DNA from: an uncultured Acidobacteriaceae bacterium
GTDB lineage: Bacteria > Acidobacteriota > Terriglobia > Terriglobales > Acidobacteriaceae
Reading direction: 5' to 3'
DNA: 64,000 nt
Assembly (NCBI GenBank): GCA_963836635.1
Contig: CAWILB010000074.1
Coordinates: 9,677 to 73,676 of the forward strand
Part shown: one piece after another, positions 1 through 10,312 of the stretch
Numbering within the stretch: position 1 is the first letter of the stretch
How the letters are laid out: each line of letters starts with the position of its first letter
Position numbers and translations under genes: made by a program
The notes under the pieces: generated by a model
What the model was told of the DNA's origin: nothing
Databases searched by the model: none
The model's input: only the letters and a program-made list of their open reading frames with translations

Positions 1-476
1 GAACACCGAAAATCTTCTCTCGCTCAAAGACGACATGGTGGCCTTCATCGAGGGCCATGGGATGCGGCGGCTGCCCGGCTACGTAACCGAAGACATTCCT
101 TCGATTCTTTGGGAGGACCACGCCAATGCCGACTCGTGGAAAGACTTTGTCGAGATGGCGAAGCATGTAGGCGCGCCTTTTGTGAGCTTCAGCGAGATGA
201 CGCTGGAGCGCGAGGAACTGGACACGCTGATTGAAGAAGCGGGAGAGATGAACTTTCCCGACGAGGAAGCCACCGGAACTGGTGGAAGCAAAGTGGCTGC
301 GCAAGTACTCGGGGATGCTTGGATACATACAGCTTGGATTTGTGTACCAGGGGCTGGTGTTTTTGCACGAGACCACGACGGAGTGGTACGAGCGTTTCCA
401 GTCGCTGCTTGAAGATATCGAGAGCTTCCAGGATATCGTGATCGACGATGTCCACAGTGACGACGAGGACGAGTAA
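1..476 (+). CDS. Acidic hypothetical protein, 5'-truncated by the window edge, one apparent frameshift near 280
   Basis: The frame is open from position 2 (NTENLLSLKDDMVAFIEGHG) and continues in ORF 282..476 (KWLRKYSGMLGYIQLGF...DDEDE). It lies directly upstream of recJ. Confidence 0.6.
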
Positions 477-524
477 GCCGCGTGGGCACGGCGGGGATCG
501 AAGCGAAAGACGATTCGCAAGGCG

Positions 525-2315
525 ATGCGGCCGCGCTGGATGATGGCCGAGCAGCACGCTGAGGCTGCAACGGCGTTAGCGGGCGAGGCGCGGATTCCGC
601 TGGTGCTTGCTGAGTTGCTGCTGGCACGCGGAATAACGAGCGGCCGCCGAAGCGCACGCGTTTCTCAGTCCCGATTACGAACATCTGCACGACCCAAAGC
701 TAATGCTGGGGATGAGCGCAGCCGTAGAGCGGCTGGAGCGCGCTATTGAAGCGCAGGAACCAGTGTTGCTGTATGGCGACTACGACGTGGACGGAACGAG
801 CGCGGTGGTGCTGCTGAAAACTGCGATCGAGATGCTGGGCGGCAAGGTGAGCTTTCACGTTCCGCACCGTCTGCGCGAAGGTTACGGCATGCAGTCGAGC
901 GTGCTTGAGGCCGCTTATGCCGAGGGCGTGAGGATGGTGGTGACGGTGGATACCGGGAATGCGCGCGGTTGCCGAGGCTCAGACGGCGAAGCGGCTGGGG
1001 CTGGACCTGATTATTACCGACCACCATCTGCCGGATGCGGGAGACGCGACCCCCGAGTGTCGCAGGCAATTCTTGAATCCCAATCAGAGGGGATGCACTT
1101 ATCCCGAAAAGGGGCTGTGCGGAGCGGCGATTGCGATGAAGCTGGCGCAGGCGCTGCTGGAACGGCGCGACCCGGCGCGGATGCGGGAGAAGCTGCTGCC
1201 GAGTTTTTTGAAGATGGCGGCGATTGCGACGATTGCCGACGCGGTGCCGCTGCAAGCGGAGAGAATCGGACGATTGCGGCGCTGGGGCTGCGGGAATTGC
1301 GAAGGCCTGCGGGTGCGGGATTGCGCGCGCTGTTTGCGGTTGCTGGACTTGATCCGGCTTCGAAGGAACTTACTGGGTACGATGTGGGGTTCAGGCTGGC
1401 TCCGCGGATTAATGCGGCGGGGCGCATGGATATTGCCGGCAGAAGTAATTGAACTTTTCACGACGCGCGACTATGGCGCGAGCCACGGAACTGGCGAACA
1501 AGTTGGAACGAATGAACCGGGATCGGCGCGACACGGAGGCAGCGGCTCTGAAATTAATTGAAGCGCGGCTGGAGACCGATGTGGAGTTGTGCGAGGACCG
1601 GCTGCTGGTGGTGGATGGAGACGGCTGGCACCGTGGAGTAATTGGGATTCTGGCCTCGCGCGTGGTTGACCGGACGGCCAAGCCTTCGATCGTGGTGAGC
1701 GTGGAAGACGGCGTGGCGCACGGATCGGGACGTTCGGTGGATGGATTTATGCTGCTGAACTCGATTGAGAGCTGCGCGGATTTGTTTACGCGATTTGGAG
1801 GTCACGCGTTTGCGGTGGGGTTCGCGATGCCTGCGGAGCGATTGCCCGAGTTGAAGCGACGGCTGAGGGAGTATGCGAATGTGCATCTGGCGGGTCACGA
1901 GCCAGAAAAACTGGTGAAGATCGACGCGGAGCTGCCGCTGGACAGGATTACGCCAGTGCTGGCCGGATGGGTGCGGAAGCTGGAGCCGCTGGGACATGCG
2001 AATCCCGAGCCGGTGTTTGCGGCGCGAAAAGCACGATTGCTGACCACGCCGAGGATTATGAAGGAACGGCATCTACGGCTGGAGCTTGCGCAGGAATCGG
2101 CCAACGGGGAGACTCATGCGAGCGACGTGCGGCCGGGCACGAGCGGTGCGGTGCGAGCGGTGGGATGGGGACTCTCCGGGCTGGTATCGGAGTTGAAGCT
2201 GGCGCAGGGGAGCCTCATTGACGTGGCGTACCGGATCAGGGAAAACGAACATCCGGACTTTGGCGGACTGGAGATTGAGATGGTGGATGTGAGGAATGCG
2301 GGGATTAGAGAATAG
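525..2315 (+). CDS. recJ: Single-stranded-DNA-specific exonuclease RecJ (several frameshifts)
   Basis: DHH-family motifs are spread over successive ORFs: YGDYDVDG, VTVDTG, ITDHH, ATIADAVPL, APRINAAGR, GSGRS, FGGHAFAVG, LEPLGHANPEP. Confidence 0.93.
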
Positions 2316-2660
2316 GGAGTAGGTTTTTTAGGCGTGGATACAAAGCGTCTCGACCGCTGACAACTAAAAACTGACAACTTTCTTTGCAGATAATTACGGC
2401 CCTCCGGCGCACAATTGCAAATAGAAGGATCGGGAACATGAAGAACAACACCGCTTCGGCTGCTGGCAAGACATGCAAGGAAAAAACGACCGCAGGAATT
2501 CAATTAAAAGCGCTTCGGGTGGTGAAACTGTGAACTGAATGGAATCAATCGCTTGGCAGAAGTCGCTTCACAGTTTCACGGCCACCTGCCTGAAATCCAG
2601 CTAAATGTGAAGGCCCACGGCTTGCCGTGGGCCCTGCTTGTTGATGGTTGTGGATTGGCA

Positions 2661-3653
2661 TTAGCGGCCGATAGCGCGCCCGTCAGGCCGGGGGCGCGCC
2701 ATTGCCTGCGGTTTTTGATGCTCCTGGGGGTGCGACTGCGGCTTCGGCTTCGGCTCCGGGCTGGGGTGCGGCTGCGGAGCAGGGCGGGACTGCGGAGCAA
2801 CGTGGGTCTGCGGAGCAGGGTGGTTCTGCGGCACAGCGTGCTGCCCCTCGGGTGAAGGCCGCGGATTGGGGTGGTTCTGCGCACCGTTATGAGGTGTCGG
2901 TGTGTTTTCGCCAGGTTTGTTTGCCATCGCATGCGCTTGCGGAGCGGGGTGGTTCTCAGCCGCAAGGGGATGAGCGACGGCAACATTGGCAGGATGCCCA
3001 TGGTTGTTGTTGAAGTAGGCAGTGCGGTCAGTCTTCGCCGTCTCCTCATGCTTGGTCTGGAATGAAGTTGCGGCCACGTGCGGCTCGTTGGTGTAGGTGC
3101 GTTCCTCGGTCGTCATGGGATGGTTGATGCCGCCCGGCCCGCCGCTATAGGCAACGTGGTTGTTGTTGACGATTGTGTTGTGCTCGACGATGGTGCGGTC
3201 AATGTAAGTGGTGTGAATGATGGTGGTGTTTACACGCATGACGGCCGTGTTATAGGCAAACGCACCGCCGCGCCATTCGCCGCCTGCGAAGCCTATGCCC
3301 ATGTAGCCGAAGCCATAATTGACTCCGCCGTAGTAGCCGACATGGCGACCCCAGTATCCGGGATGCCACATGTAGAGGCCACCGCCCCAGCCCCAGTATC
3401 CGGGGGTCCAGAGACCGCCTACAAAGGGAGCCGGCACCCATGCGCCGGGGACCCAGTAATAGCCGTCAGGGCCGTAGGCCCAGTAACCGGGGGTCCAGAG
3501 AAGGTTGGGGGCCGGGCAGACGGGCTGAACGTAAACGGGCAGCACCGGAGGGCCAAAGTTGACGCTGATGAAGACTCCGGCATAAGAAGAAGCCGGAATC
3601 AAAGAGATTGCGAACGCCAACAACATCAGGCGCATTGAGCGAAGAATCCGCAT
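2661..3653 (-). CDS. Secreted YXWGXW-repeat protein with Pro/His/Gln-rich tail
   Basis: N-terminal signal peptide, repeats WTPGYWAY / WVPGAWV / WTPGYWGW / WHPGYWG, and a low-complexity PQxHPA tail. Confidence 0.85.
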   Translation of the reverse strand: MRILRSMRLMLLAFAISLIPASSYAGVFISVNFGPPVLPVYVQPVCPAPNLLWTPGYWAYGPDGYYWVPGAWVPAPFVGGLWTPGYWGWGGGLYMWHPGYWGRHVGYYGGVNYGFGYMGIGFAGGEWRGGAFAYNTAVMRVNTTIIHTTYIDRTIVEHNTIVNNNHVAYSGGPGGINHPMTTEERTYTNEPHVAATSFQTKHEETAKTDRTAYFNNNHGHPANVAVAHPLAAENHPAPQAHAMANKPGENTPTPHNGAQNHPNPRPSPEGQHAVPQNHPAPQTHVAPQSRPAPQPHPSPEPKPKPQSHPQEHQKPQAMARPRPDGRAIGR

Positions 3654-4071
3654 GGGAAAAACCTCCTGGTCTTGAATTACCGATAACGATTCTCAACGGG
3701 TTCCGATCCCGTCTATTCTACTGTGAACCCGTCTCGAATGGGGAAGTTGCAACAAGGCACAAATATGAATTTTGCACAAAAGAGGATGTTGAGTTAGTTG
3801 CGCAGGAGTGACATAGAGTTGCCCGGGACCGGGTTGCGGCGCCGCGAAGGTACAGGTTGCGATGAAAGTCATTGATGAAGCGATTTTCCGCGTGAATTTG
3901 GCAAGTTAGCCCCGGCTGCGCCAGCGTGGCAATTTGGCGGGTTAGCGGGTGAAGTGGCGGGATTTCGATGAGGGTTCGGGACTCCTGTCCTTGCGCCCCG
4001 AAAGAAAGTCGCAAGGGTGAAGTGCGGGGTTCGTGGTTCGTTGAAATGGAGGCTTGTTGAGAGTTGTGCTT

Positions 4072-4115
4072 TCCCACCCTTTTCACGATGAGGCTGTGAA
4101 AAGGATGGGGCACCC
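4072..4115 (-). repeat. REP-like palindrome (GGGTGCCCCATCC...AGGGTGGG family)
   Basis: Reverse strand reads gggtgccccatccttttcacagcctcatcgtgaaaagggtggga. A related copy lies at about 33012-33052 on the + strand. Confidence 0.6.
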
Positions 4116-4134
4116 ATTTTGTGCTTGATTGAGA

Positions 4135-5115
4135 TCAGAAGCGGTAGCTGAGGCCCAGGCCGAAGACTTTGCGGGCCTGGAGATTGACGGGGATGGAAAC
4201 GGTGGGTGGATAGGGAGCGGGCAAGCCGGTGGGAAGAACCGCGGTGCCGATGTTTCCGGCGACCTGGCCAATGCCGGCATCGATGCTGAAGTGGGGATGC
4301 TCAGCCTGGGTGATGCGGACCGCATAGTCGAGAGTGGTTGGTAGATGAACTCCGCCGGGAATGATGTAGCCGAGGTTCTTTGCCGTATGCGGCTCCTGGG
4401 TGAAGCCGACGGCGGGAACGATAGCGGTCTTGAAGGGTCCGGGGAATGGGATTCCGAGACCACCGAAGAGACGGCCGCCGAAGCGCGTACTTTGACCGCC
4501 GATGCCGAAGATTGTGCCGTTGGTCATCTTGATACCGAAGTTAACCAGGAATGGGAACGGAGGATGAAGCCAGGTTTTTGTTGCGACGGCGTAGACATCT
4601 TCATTGTGGTACGCGTTGTCAGGGCCGAGACCAAGCGCATAGTTGAGGTGGCTGGATACGAAGTGGTCGCCGGTGCGCACGATGAGGCCGCCGGCGAGAC
4701 CGGGCGTCCAGGGGCCGAACTCACCGTCCTTAATGGCAACGACTTTGCCGCTGAATACATTCATGCCGTTGTAATTCCAGAGCTGGCTGAATGCGCCCTG
4801 TGAGACGTCGGTCGCGTTACCGAGGGTGTGAATGCTGCGGGTGTAGCCTACCTCAGCGCGATTGGCGAATCCTTCAGCGAAGTTAACGGTCTGAATGTCG
4901 CCAATTACCCGTGAGGTATTAATAAAATGGTAACCAATGGCGGGGTGCGAAAAGAAATGGCCCTTATCGGTGTAGACCACATAGGCGGTGGGAGTGATAA
5001 AGCCACCGGTTTGTCCCTCGAGAGTGAGGTGCTGGGCGTGGCTGTAAAGGCCAGCGAGGAGAGCAACTGCGACATAGGTGCAGGCTATGAACCTGCTGAT
5101 CGGTCTTGCGTCCAC
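4135..5115 (-). CDS. Exported, probable outer-membrane beta-barrel protein (DUF3034-like)
   Basis: Signal peptide, LEGQTGGFITPTAY motif, alternating beta-strand pattern, and C-terminal LSYRF typical of a barrel signature. Confidence 0.55.
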   Translation of the reverse strand: MDARPISRFIACTYVAVALLAGLYSHAQHLTLEGQTGGFITPTAYVVYTDKGHFFSHPAIGYHFINTSRVIGDIQTVNFAEGFANRAEVGYTRSIHTLGNATDVSQGAFSQLWNYNGMNVFSGKVVAIKDGEFGPWTPGLAGGLIVRTGDHFVSSHLNYALGLGPDNAYHNEDVYAVATKTWLHPPFPFLVNFGIKMTNGTIFGIGGQSTRFGGRLFGGLGIPFPGPFKTAIVPAVGFTQEPHTAKNLGYIIPGGVHLPTTLDYAVRITQAEHPHFSIDAGIGQVAGNIGTAVLPTGLPAPYPPTVSIPVNLQARKVFGLGLSYRF

Positions 5116-5332
5116 GAGCTTAAGTCTCCAGTCAAGGTTTCGGCCGCTTTCGAGAAGCTGGGGCCAATCTCTTGTAACACAACTGCAACACGATCGTCAT
5201 TCTGGAACATTGAATTGATTTGAGGGCAGATTGTGGCCCACACCGGCGGCGCAAAAGGCAGGAATCGCCGGGGCACACAGGCTTGCTGGGGGGGCGACCC
5301 ATGTTCAATATGGCCTGAAATCGAAGTGGTAG

Positions 5333-6009
<677 letters not shown>

Positions 6010-6192
6010 GTTTGCGCGCAGGTGTGCGCTATGGATTGGCCAGATGTACTGGATTGACGAGATGTAATTGAAGCGACCGGTGAGGGCCAGGCAGTGCCGC
6101 AGAAGCCGGGAAGCTGTGAGTGTCAAGGGGCAACAGCGGCGCGGATGCGGGCAAACGATTGAAAACACTGCGAGTACGATGTCGCGCGGCGT

Positions 6193-6224
6193 TTGCAGAG
6201 AATTCTTTAAGTTTTCGATACTCT
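6193..6224 (+). promoter_or_regulatory. Putative sigma70-type promoter for the leader of the phage-like operon
   Basis: TTGCAG (6193-6198), an 18-nt AT-rich spacer, then GATACT (6217-6222). This is an AT-rich island in GC-rich DNA. Confidence 0.35.
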
Positions 6225-6351
6225 TAGAACATTCGCGGCGAAGTGAGGGCTAGCCGGAAGAATGCGGGTCGCGACACGGCGAGATCCGCGGCGGTTAGGC
6301 TGAAGGACTGAGCCGGCGAAGAAGACCCATCAGGTAAAACTGAAGATCGGA

Positions 6352-6389
6352 AGGGGGCATGGCTGTCAAGGTCATGCCTTTTTCATTTT
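6352..6389 (+). terminator. Intrinsic terminator in the leader upstream of the portal gene
   Basis: Hairpin ggcatggc-tgtcaag-gtcatgcc followed by tttttcatttt. Confidence 0.65.
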
Positions 6390-6393
6390 GGAG

Positions 6394-6627
6394 CCATGCC
6401 TGAGTGTGGTGAATCCGAAGTTCGTGAAAGAACGACCCGAGGTCCCCATTCGACGGCGATTGCTTCGCTTCTTCCGCTCAGGGCAGGCTTTCGGCTTCCT
6501 TCGTCCGTCGAGGGGGACTACGGTCGCTCCTCATGATCACGGCGTAAGTCCAATGGAATCAGTGCCGTTCTTGTGTGTCCAATTTAGCCGTAACTCGCAA
6601 AATGCGAGTCAAGATACTCAGGATGAC
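6394..6627. repeat. Degenerate REP/MITE-like segment (GTCATCCTGAGCG-type ends)
   Basis: gccatgcctgagt at 6393 and actcaggatgac at 6616 are inverted relatives. Internal cgctcagggcaggctttcg is present. Similar motifs occur at about 32578, 32670 and 59423. Confidence 0.4.
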
Positions 6628-6635
6628 AGGGTTGT

Positions 6636-6673
6636 TGCGACAGAGTTGCAGAACTGCGACAGAGTTGCAGAAC
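6636..6673 (+). repeat. Perfect 19-bp tandem duplication immediately before the portal RBS
   Basis: tgcgacagagttgcagaac at 6636-6654 and 6655-6673, followed by aaggaag and GTG. Confidence 0.9.
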
Positions 6674-6686
6674 AAGGAAGGTGCAC

Positions 6687-7991
6687 GTGAAGGTTGGAGA
6701 GCAGTTGAAGGAGATATGGCGGCAGGCCACCGGGAACGGCGCGGCGAGGGAGAACGGGGGAGCGCGACAGATGACGGTGGCAGCCGAGGCTGAGGCGGCG
6801 CGGAAGACGTTGGCGCTGCCCTCAATCCTTAGTCCGGCGCACTTTCCGGGAAAGCACTTGCCAAAACCGACGCCTGCGAATCTGCGCCACTTTGCAGAGA
6901 CGCCAGTGGTGAGGCGCGCGATCAATGTGATTAAGGATCGCATTGCGGCGATGGACTGGCAGGTGCGGGTCCGGCGCGGAGCAAGGCCCGACGATGTTGC
7001 CTTTTTGCAGCGTAAACTGCGCGCATTGCGCAGGACGCTGGAAGAGCCGAACCAGACAGACAGCTTCAGGACACTACTTGAACAGGCGATTGAGGATGCG
7101 TTGACCGGAGGCTTTGGCGCCATCGAGATGGAGGCGACGGGCGATGGAGAACGGCCGGCGATGATGTGGGCTGTGGATGGCGCGTCGATCAGGATCAACG
7201 CAAAGTGGGATGGGAGCGAAGACGCGCCGCGCTATGCACAGGCGGTGCCGGGACAGCTCGAATCGAGCGCGGTGGAGTTGCGAGACAACCAGCTGATGTA
7301 TATCCGGATGAACCCGAGGAGTTTTACACCATTTGGGCTGGGGCCGCTGGAAGTTGCATTTGAGACGGTGAACCAGTTTTTATGTGCGCACCGATTTGCG
7401 GGAAAGCTGGCGGCGAACACGGTGGCGCAATACGCGTTGTGGCTGAATGAAGCAACACCGGCGCAGCATGACAGGTTGATCCGGTGGTGGCAGGACGAGA
7501 TTGAGGGAACGGGCCGGGTGCCACTAATTTCGACAGAGCAGAAACCAGAAGTGTTGCGCTTTGCGCAGGGAACGGATGCGGATCTGCGACTAGCATGGCA
7601 GGAGTTTCTGATCAGGATGGTGGCGAATGCCTTTGGCCTTCCACCGCTGATGCTGGGGCTGGAGGCCGACGTGAATCAGTCGACGGCGTCGGAGATGGCG
7701 GATGAGGCGTTTCGCGGAGCGATTTCGCCGTTGGCGATGCTGGTGGCTGGACATATTACCCGGGACCTTTTCGGGAAGTGCATTGGGTGGCCGGAATTCG
7801 AGTTCGTCTTTAACGAATTGAGCGCGCGAGACGAGAAGTCAGAGCTGGCTGTGCAAGTGCAGTTGCTGCAGGCCGGAGTCTTGACGGTAAACGAAGTGAG
7901 AGCGATGCGAGGCATGGCTCCGCTGGAGCAGGTGGCGCACATGCATACACTGAGCGCGTCGAGTGGGAGTGAGGAGATGGGCAGTAACTAA
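6687..7991 (+). CDS. Phage portal protein (HK97-like family)
   Basis: Portal-like motifs VVRRAINVIKDRIAAMDW, GLGPLEVA, ANAFGLPPLMLG and GVLTVNEVRAMRGMAPL. About 434 aa. RBS aaggaag precedes GTG at 6687. Confidence 0.88.
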   Translation: MKVGEQLKEIWRQATGNGAARENGGARQMTVAAEAEAARKTLALPSILSPAHFPGKHLPKPTPANLRHFAETPVVRRAINVIKDRIAAMDWQVRVRRGARPDDVAFLQRKLRALRRTLEEPNQTDSFRTLLEQAIEDALTGGFGAIEMEATGDGERPAMMWAVDGASIRINAKWDGSEDAPRYAQAVPGQLESSAVELRDNQLMYIRMNPRSFTPFGLGPLEVAFETVNQFLCAHRFAGKLAANTVAQYALWLNEATPAQHDRLIRWWQDEIEGTGRVPLISTEQKPEVLRFAQGTDADLRLAWQEFLIRMVANAFGLPPLMLGLEADVNQSTASEMADEAFRGAISPLAMLVAGHITRDLFGKCIGWPEFEFVFNELSARDEKSELAVQVQLLQAGVLTVNEVRAMRGMAPLEQVAHMHTLSASSGSEEMGSN

Positions 7992-8052
7992 GTGAAGAGG
8001 CATGGGGGATATGGACCGGAGTTATTGACTTAGAAGAGTGGGCGGAGAAGAC

Positions 8053-8553
8053 ATGCGATTGGAAGCAATGGCGGTACAGTTTCCTCATGTGGAAGGTCAC
8101 CCAAACAGGGTGCCATTTGAGGGAGTGCTAACGGTTGTGAACGAGCCGAGCGATAAGGCTCCGGCTGGTGCGCGCGGTCACCGGGTGACATTAACGCGCG
8201 AGGCGGCGGAGAAGGCGTTGCCCTCGCTGCTGGGAATGGCGGTGGATTACCGACCAGGCTGGGACGGGCACGACGCACGGCGCAAGATTGGCCTGCTGAC
8301 TGAGGCCGATGTTGTGGGGCAGCGGGTGGTGGTGAAGGGCTATCTTTACGCGCGGGACTTTCCCGAGGTTGCCAAGGCCATTAAGGCGCACACTCCCGAG
8401 GCGATGGGCATGAGTTACGAGCTGGCAGATGCGCGCGTGGAAGATATGCATGCGGATATCTGGAAACTGACTCGAGTTACTTTTACCGGCGCCGCGATCT
8501 TGTTGCGTGAAAAGGCAGCTTATCGAGCGACAAGCTTTCGAATGGCGAGTTAG
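8053..8553 (+). CDS. Prohead (capsid maturation) protease
   Basis: Located after the portal. GHD...KIG (His), GMSYE (Ser) and FTGAAIL..AAY match the HK97/assemblin-fold protease pattern. Confidence 0.7.
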   Translation: MRLEAMAVQFPHVEGHPNRVPFEGVLTVVNEPSDKAPAGARGHRVTLTREAAEKALPSLLGMAVDYRPGWDGHDARRKIGLLTEADVVGQRVVVKGYLYARDFPEVAKAIKAHTPEAMGMSYELADARVEDMHADIWKLTRVTFTGAAILLREKAAYRATSFRMAS

Positions 8554-8583
8554 TAAGTAAGCGCATTAGTGAAATAGCAAAAG

Positions 8584-8612
8584 AGGCTTCGCGTTGCGAG
8601 GCCTTTGTTGCT
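8584..8612 (+). terminator. Internal hairpin or possible terminator between the protease and scaffold genes
   Basis: aggcttcgc-gtt-gcgaggcct followed by ttgttgct. Confidence 0.45.
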
Positions 8613-8664
8613 TGAGGAGCAATCGCTGCGATGCGCGGCATTCATAGAAAAGGAAGGGAATAAC

Positions 8665-9072
8665 ATGGAAAACGACGGACAGGAGTTGACGGTGCGGTTT
8701 GAAGCCGCGACCACTGAGCTCGAAAAGACGTTGCGCTGGCTTGAGGAACGGGCCGCAGCCGCGAACGCGCTTTCAGGCGAGGTGGAGAGGATCTCAGCGA
8801 CGGTGGAGCAGAGCCGTCGAGAGACGGAACTCGCAGACAAACTGGCTGCATTGGAACGGGAGCTGGCCGAGTTGAAAGCCTCTAGCGCGCAGAACCCTCT
8901 GACTCCGCTGCGCAAGACAATGCCGGCGGCGACAGCCGAAATGCTTGCAAAGCATGGTATCGGCGACGGGGCAGTGGACATGCGAACGCTGGACGCCGCA
9001 ATGAACGGCCTGAGTCTTGAACAACGGATTGCCGTAAAGACACAACTGCTGCGGGCGGGCGCGATCGCGTAA
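8665..9072 (+). CDS. Coiled-coil protein, probable capsid scaffold
   Basis: 135 aa, heptad-rich (ELADKLAALERELAELKA), located between protease and capsid, with strong RBS aaggaaggg. Confidence 0.5.
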   Translation: MENDGQELTVRFEAATTELEKTLRWLEERAAAANALSGEVERISATVEQSRRETELADKLAALERELAELKASSAQNPLTPLRKTMPAATAEMLAKHGIGDGAVDMRTLDAAMNGLSLEQRIAVKTQLLRAGAIA

Positions 9073-9075
9073 AGG

Positions 9076-9169
9076 CAGTTGTCAGTTGTCAGTGGTCAGT
9101 GATCAGAAGTCATCAATAACTGCTCACGTTGCACTGATAACTGAGAACTGATCACTGATAACTGACAAC
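9076..9169. repeat. Heptamer-based inverted repeat hairpin upstream of the capsid gene
   Basis: (gtcagtt)(gtcagtg)(gtcagtg)atcag ... (ctgataa)(ctgagaa)(ctgatca)(ctgataa)(ctgacaa). Confidence 0.8.
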
Positions 9170-9201
9170 CGAAGCAAGGCCCCACGGAGGGGGCGAAAAG
9201 T

Positions 9202-10170
9202 ATGAACGCAGTTTTTGCAGACATTCATGCGGCAGCAGACTACATTGGGCCGGGCGCGATTGAAGTGCCACTTTACCAGACGGAGATATTCGACATCGTC
9301 CGCCGGTCAAGCCCATTCGGGCAGCGCATCAAGCAGGTTCCGGCGACTGGCCATCCTTCGAGATTCTTCGAGCAGACGGCGATTCCGAACCCGGGCACAG
9401 CCGGATTCGTGAATCCGCGGAGCATCAATCCGACCGTAGTGACCCCCACGCGCATTGAACTAAGCGTTCCGCTGAAGGCTATTGTGGCGCAGATCAACTA
9501 CAACCTGTTCGACGTTGAACTCGGCGAGCAGCAGAAACAGTTTGCCTATCTGCAGGCCAAAGACCTGGTGGACACCGTGAACGGCGTGATGGTGGCGCAC
9601 GACGTGGCGCTGTGGAACGGCAACGACACGAGCCTGAGCGCGCCGACAACCACTCAGTACATGGGTTGCGCCGGACAGATAGCAGTCGGCGGCAACAGCG
9701 TGACAGTGACGACGTCAATGAAGATCGTGGACACGATCAAAACGACGGTCGCGCAGATGTGTGCAAGCACGGGCTATCATGTCCGGCCGACCGCAATTTA
9801 CGCGAACCCCGTGCTGCTCGATCTGATCGACCAGGAGATGAAGAGCGAGTACAACGTAGTACTGAACACGGACCAGATCACGGCGGGGTTCCGCGTGAAG
9901 ATGCTCTCGACACAGGCAGGCGACATTCCGCTGATTCCGGACTGGAGCCTCAGCTATACGGGTACGCCCGGTTCCGGCACTGCTGTGCTGCCGGCATACA
10001 TCGTGACTGAAGACCTGATCGAGTATCACTGGCTCGGCGACCCCACTCCGCGGATCTTCCAACTGGGCCTGCCAAATTCGCTGGCGTACCAGTACGTGGC
10101 TGTGAAGTTTGGCGCGGTGGTGGTGAAGGGTGCGAACTTTGCCCACTACCAGGTGATCGTGAACCGGTAA
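9202..10170 (+). CDS. Major capsid protein (probable HK97 fold)
   Basis: 322 aa, in the canonical position after portal-protease-scaffold. EIFDIVRRSSPFGQRIKQVPATG, VALWNG and PTAIYANP are capsid-like motifs. Confidence 0.72.
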   Translation: MNAVFADIHAAADYIGPGAIEVPLYQTEIFDIVRRSSPFGQRIKQVPATGHPSRFFEQTAIPNPGTAGFVNPRSINPTVVTPTRIELSVPLKAIVAQINYNLFDVELGEQQKQFAYLQAKDLVDTVNGVMVAHDVALWNGNDTSLSAPTTTQYMGCAGQIAVGGNSVTVTTSMKIVDTIKTTVAQMCASTGYHVRPTAIYANPVLLDLIDQEMKSEYNVVLNTDQITAGFRVKMLSTQAGDIPLIPDWSLSYTGTPGSGTAVLPAYIVTEDLIEYHWLGDPTPRIFQLGLPNSLAYQYVAVKFGAVVVKGANFAHYQVIVNR

Positions 10171-10189
10171 GGAAGATCGTTGTCAACTT

Positions 10190-10278
10190 GCAGTTGTCAG
10201 TTATTAGTCAGATTCCGCTGCGGTCCGGACTCTGTAACCTGGGACCTTGCAGGCGGCCAACTAATAACTGATAACTGC
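10190..10278. repeat. Inverted repeat hairpin downstream of the capsid gene
   Basis: gcagttgtcagttattagt (10190-10208) pairs with actaataactgataactgc (10260-10278), with one G-U pair. Confidence 0.8.
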
Positions 10279-10312
10279 CACCTGACAATGCAAAGTGTGG
10301 AAAGGACAAGTT

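Noticed and set aside
2740-2850. 18-bp periodic repeats
   Set aside because: They simply encode the PQxHPA low-complexity tail of the YXWGXW protein.
6145-6185. c-di-GMP-I riboswitch (GGCAAAC...GAAA)
   Set aside because: The P2 stem does not pair and the downstream GACGCAAAGC-like element is missing.
9202-10170. Encapsulin nanocompartment
   Set aside because: The adjacent portal, protease, neck and tail genes indicate a virion-type assembly, and no cargo enzyme is adjacent.
9076-10278. CRISPR array
   Set aside because: These are heptamer-based inverted repeats without unique spacers, and there are no cas genes in the window.
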